DNA of 64,000 nt from an uncultured Gemmatimonadaceae bacterium (GTDB taxonomy: Bacteria > Gemmatimonadota > Gemmatimonadetes > Gemmatimonadales > Gemmatimonadaceae): NCBI GenBank assembly GCA_963790305.1, contig CAWBOC010000002.1:96001-160000 (forward strand). The letters are read 5' to 3'. A program made the translations under genes and the position numbers. Shown one piece after another: positions 60,876 through 64,000 of the stretch. Under the pieces are notes generated by a model that was not told where the DNA came from, made no database searches, and was given only the letters and a program-made list of their open reading frames with translations. Position 1 is the first letter of the stretch. Each line of letters opens with the position of its first letter.

Positions 60876-62123
60876 TCAGTTCCGAAGCTTGAGACGCGGG
60901 GCGTCGCCGTACTGACTGAGATCCGAGAGGATGACGCGATCGCCCTCCTGGAGCCCGTCGAGAATCTCGATGGCGTTCACCGACCCTCGGCCGAATTGCA
61001 CGCGAGTGCGCGTGGCGGCGCGGCCGTCGGGCTCGAGGCGGAAGACCTCGATCGTGGTGTTCGCTTGACCGTATGCCGGGCGCCCGACGAAGAGCGCGTT
61101 AGGCAGCCGCTCGATCTCGATGGTCCCGTCGACGGTGAGATCGGGGCGGGCACCGGGCGGGAGCGCGCCATCGAGCGCGATGTCCACGCTCACCGTCCCG
61201 TTGCGTGCCGCGGGATCGATGCGCGTGACACGCCCGGCAATGACACCGTTGCGCGTGTCGATCGACGCGCGCTGCCCAATGGCGACGTCCTTCGCTTGCG
61301 TCTCGGGAACGTTGAGCACCGCCTTGAGCCGGCCGGGCTCGACGACCTTCGCCAACGTCGTCCCCGACATCGCCCACTGGCCGACCTCGAGCGGAAGCTC
61401 CTGGAGCACGCCGTCCGCGCCGGCCGTGACGCGCATGGAGGCGACCTGCTGGCGACGGAACGCGAGGATCTCGCGCAGGCGGCCGATCTGTGAGCGCTGC
61501 ACGTTGAGCTGTGCGACGATCGCGTCCGTGTGCACGCGAAGGCGCTCCTGCTCGATCCGGTATCGTGTGTCCAGCTCCTCCTGTTTGTCCTTCGCGCGCT
61601 GGAGGTCCGTGGGGGCGATGAGCTTCTTGGCGGCGAGCCCGTCACCGACTTCGACCCCGCGCTTGGCCTCGAGGTATTCCGACCGAACCGTCGCGATCAC
61701 CCCTTCCTGGTTCAGGCGCTGCGTCTCGAGCGATGCGCGGAGGTTGACCAGGGTCGCTTCGGCCTCGGTGAGCTGCCGTTGCGCCTCGAGCGCCTGGAGC
61801 TCGACATCGGGGTTCGAAAGCTCGACCAGAACCGTCGCCGCCGAGACCTTTTCGCCCGGCTCGACGTGCTTGCGCTCGACGCGGCCAGCAGTGACGGCGG
61901 CGATCCACCGGATCTGCTCAGGTACGAGCGTGCCGGGGCCGTGCACTTCGCGCAGCATTTCACCGCGTGCGACGGTATCGATCCACAGGGTCGACGCCTC
62001 GACGGTCGGCACGGCGCGGTCCAGCTGCGACAGGGCGACGGTGACGAGCACGAGCCCAAGGAGCGCGCCTCCGGCGTACAGATAGCGCCGAGTGTTGGTT
62101 TTTGGTGCGCGGGGAATGTCCAA
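60876..62123 (-). CDS. Efflux periplasmic adaptor (HlyD family)
   Basis: MDIPR, N-terminal TM, GPGTLVPE, coiled coil, ARPDLTVDG, GLQEGDRVILSD. Confidence 0.88.
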   Translation of the reverse strand: MDIPRAPKTNTRRYLYAGGALLGLVLVTVALSQLDRAVPTVEASTLWIDTVARGEMLREVHGPGTLVPEQIRWIAAVTAGRVERKHVEPGEKVSAATVLVELSNPDVELQALEAQRQLTEAEATLVNLRASLETQRLNQEGVIATVRSEYLEAKRGVEVGDGLAAKKLIAPTDLQRAKDKQEELDTRYRIEQERLRVHTDAIVAQLNVQRSQIGRLREILAFRRQQVASMRVTAGADGVLQELPLEVGQWAMSGTTLAKVVEPGRLKAVLNVPETQAKDVAIGQRASIDTRNGVIAGRVTRIDPAARNGTVSVDIALDGALPPGARPDLTVDGTIEIERLPNALFVGRPAYGQANTTIEVFRLEPDGRAATRTRVQFGRGSVNAIEILDGLQEGDRVILSDLSQYGDAPRLKLRN

Positions 62124-62173
62124 AACGTGACCGGCTGACGCGAGCGGAAGGGGTGGGAACCGCCTTCCCTATA

Positions 62174-62287
62174 CGGAAGCAGCGTGCCGGGGATTCTGCG
62201 CCGGAACTCGTTATGGCTAAGGAACTTGACTAGTTCCTTTCACCCCGCGGGCGTCCGGTTCCGGGATTCGTCATCCCAATTATGGGA
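62174..62287 (-). promoter_or_regulatory. Sigma-54-like promoter with paired upstream activator sites
   Basis: Minus strand CGGCACG-CTGC-TTCC (imperfect -12); dyads GTCCGGTTCCGGGA and TCCCAATTATGGGA ~70-100 bp upstream. Confidence 0.4.
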
Positions 62288-62322
62288 AAGCCTCGACGGG
62301 CAAGGCTCGTGCGGCCGGAACC

Positions 62323-63282
62323 CTACTGCGTGCCGCCAAGCTCGATCGGCCGTGCCGCGCGCTCGGGGAGCGGCAGGCCCAGGAGAGCGCCGACCGTTGG
62401 CGCGACCTGAGTGATCGTGACATCGCCGGCCAGTCGCTTTGGGGTAACTCCCTTCGCTACCAGCACGAAGGGGACAAGGTGATCCCCCGCGTGCGCGGTG
62501 CAGTGCGTATGCGTGGCGAGCTCGCCCGTGTTGCAGCCGTCACCATGGCCGCCGCCATGATCCGCGGTCACGATCAACGCGGTGTGCCCCGCCTCGACTG
62601 ATGCCGCAATCTCGCTCCACAATGTCGCAATCGCGCTGTCGACGCGTGCAAGCGCGGCGCGATAGGCGGCGGTGTGCGCGCCATCCGAGCCGATCCACCC
62701 GTAGGTGTGCCCGGCGAAGTCGGCGTCTGGAAAGTGGATGAACATCATGCGCACCAATGTGTCGGTGCGGAGCAGCTCGCTCGCGGCGCTCGCCAGGGCG
62801 GGCGCATCGCCATCGGTGGCGACCAGCGTGTCCACGCCAAAGAACGCCTGCGCCTCCGCGCGCTGAGCGGCCGGAATCAGCGACATCCCGGCGACCGCGG
62901 CCGAGCGCATGTCGGCGACGCGAGCCCACTCGAACATCGGCGTCATGCCGTTCAGGCGCATGATCGCGGCAATGCCTGCGTCCATCTCGTTCTGCGTGAT
63001 GCCATTCTGCGTGACGTCACGCCCGCTCAACATCGACAGATGCGCGGGAAGCGTGAGCGCGGGCAGGACGGTCTGCATGGCATCCGTCCACACGGCGCGC
63101 CCGGTGAGCGAGGCAACGGTGGCCAGATAGGGCAGCGCATCGGCGCGCGCGCCGTCGATCGAGATCAGGATCACGCGCTGCGCGGTCACCGGATACTCTT
63201 CGACCGGTGCCATCTTGAGCTCAGCGCACCCGGCAAGCGCGAGAGCAGCGAGCCCGGGGAACGTGCTGCGAAGAGAAGGCAT
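62323..63282 (-). CDS. Alkaline phosphatase/nucleotide pyrophosphatase superfamily lipoprotein
   Basis: LAGC lipobox; ISIDGAR, TLPAH.SMLSG, DFAGH..GW, TADHGG. Confidence 0.85.
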   Translation of the reverse strand: MPSLRSTFPGLAALALAGCAELKMAPVEEYPVTAQRVILISIDGARADALPYLATVASLTGRAVWTDAMQTVLPALTLPAHLSMLSGRDVTQNGITQNEMDAGIAAIMRLNGMTPMFEWARVADMRSAAVAGMSLIPAAQRAEAQAFFGVDTLVATDGDAPALASAASELLRTDTLVRMMFIHFPDADFAGHTYGWIGSDGAHTAAYRAALARVDSAIATLWSEIAASVEAGHTALIVTADHGGGHGDGCNTGELATHTHCTAHAGDHLVPFVLVAKGVTPKRLAGDVTITQVAPTVGALLGLPLPERAARPIELGGTQ

Positions 63283-63363
63283 GCGTGCGACTCGAGTGAG
63301 TCGGGGGGAGGCGCGCGCATGAAGAGGACGAAGGGGCGAGAGGGGTGGTCACCTTAGGAAGGT

Positions 63364-63456
63364 AAAAGGCGCTAAAGGCGCTAAAGGCGCTAAGGGCGCT
63401 AAGGGCGCTGCAAAGGCTCAGCGCTCCTAGCGCTCCTAGCGCTTCCTAGCGCCCTT
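63364..63456. repeat. Inverted 9-bp tandem repeat (AAAGGCGCT family) between divergent genes
   Basis: aaaggcgctaaaggcgctaaaggcgctaagggcgctaagggcgct ... agcgctcctagcgctcctagcgcttcctagcgccctt. Confidence 0.8.
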
Positions 63457-63485
63457 GAGCTCCTCTCGAATACCTTGCGCCCCGC

Positions 63486-64000
63486 ATGGCCTCCTCTCGC
63501 TTTGGAAGCGTCATTTTCGACTGCGATTCGACGCTTTCGGCGATCGAGGGCATCGAGGAGCTCGCGCACGCGCACCGAGAGGAGATCGCACGCCTCACCG
63601 AGGCGGCGATGCGCGGGGAGATTCCACTCGAGGATGTGTACGGCCGCCGCCTCGAGCTCGTTCGACCGACGCGCGAGCAAGTCGAGGCGCTTGGCGATCG
63701 CTACGTGCGAACGCTCGTCACCGACGCGCGTGAGACGATCGCTGCGCTCCTGGCCGAGGGAATCGAGGTCCGTGTGATGTCGGGCGGAATCCGTCAGGCC
63801 GTGGTGCCGCTGGCGATCGCGCTCGGCCTCACCGAGCGCGCCGTGGCGGCGGTTGACGTACATTTCGGCGCCAACGGCGAGTACGCCGGCTTCGACCGAG
63901 CGTCACCGCTTGCCCGTTCTGGCGGAAAGCGCACGGTGCTGGAACAATGGCTGCCTGAGCTGCCCCGTCCGATCTTGCTGGTTGGCGATGGCGCGACGGA
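63486..64000 (+). CDS. HAD-IB phosphoserine phosphatase-like protein (partial, runs off the window)
   Basis: VIFDCDSTLSAIEGIEEL, AMRGEIPLEDVYGRRL, MSGG, GGK, LVGDGATD. Confidence 0.85.
   Translation, partial: MASSRFGSVIFDCDSTLSAIEGIEELAHAHREEIARLTEAAMRGEIPLEDVYGRRLELVRPTREQVEALGDRYVRTLVTDARETIAALLAEGIEVRVMSGGIRQAVVPLAIALGLTERAVAAVDVHFGANGEYAGFDRASPLARSGGKRTVLEQWLPELPRPILLVGDGAT

Noticed and set aside
1..64000. CRISPR array, tRNA/rRNA, transposase or integrase
   Set aside because: No regularly spaced repeat-spacer units, cloverleaf or recombinase motifs seen; the repeats present are short inverted tandem units
1..64000. Abundant CTCGAG/TCGA/CGATCG words
   Set aside because: Plausibly explained by preferred codons (CTC GAG, ATC GAC, GTC GAG), unlike CGTTAGG; not tested statistically

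Overview
High-GC bacterial chromosomal window. The gene repertoire (Ig-like and TolB lipoproteins, kinase-PEGA, TPR-CHAT, M56/BlaI, duplicated ABC permease) suggests a Gemmatimonadota-like soil bacterium; this is inference. About 45 CDS; I saw no rRNA, tRNA, CRISPR array or transposase. Main blocks: acylase/RibD-C/NTF2 operon, two histidine kinases, cysK, an S9 peptidase, a flavin amine oxidase, an ECF/anti-sigma/Spy-like triad, ArsR-SRPBCC, a beta-helix/Ser-Thr kinase-PEGA/TPR/beta-barrel operon, a UvrD helicase with an internal DEDDh exonuclease, and an ~18 kb minus-strand run of surface lipoproteins containing an ECF-zfHC2-exported TPR-CHAT module whose catalytic His reads Tyr. These are followed by a GGDEF-EAL gene, DUF72-Ku and LigD (NHEJ), BlaI-M56, and an adaptor/ABC operon. 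Many single-base frameshifts (22 kb, 35-57 kb) look like consensus errors. Two non-genic signals stand out: the heptamer CGTTAGG/CCTAACG, seen about 31 times on both strands and often via rare TTA/CTA codons, and four families of intergenic hairpins built from inverted 7- or 9-bp tandem repeats, mostly abutting stop codons.
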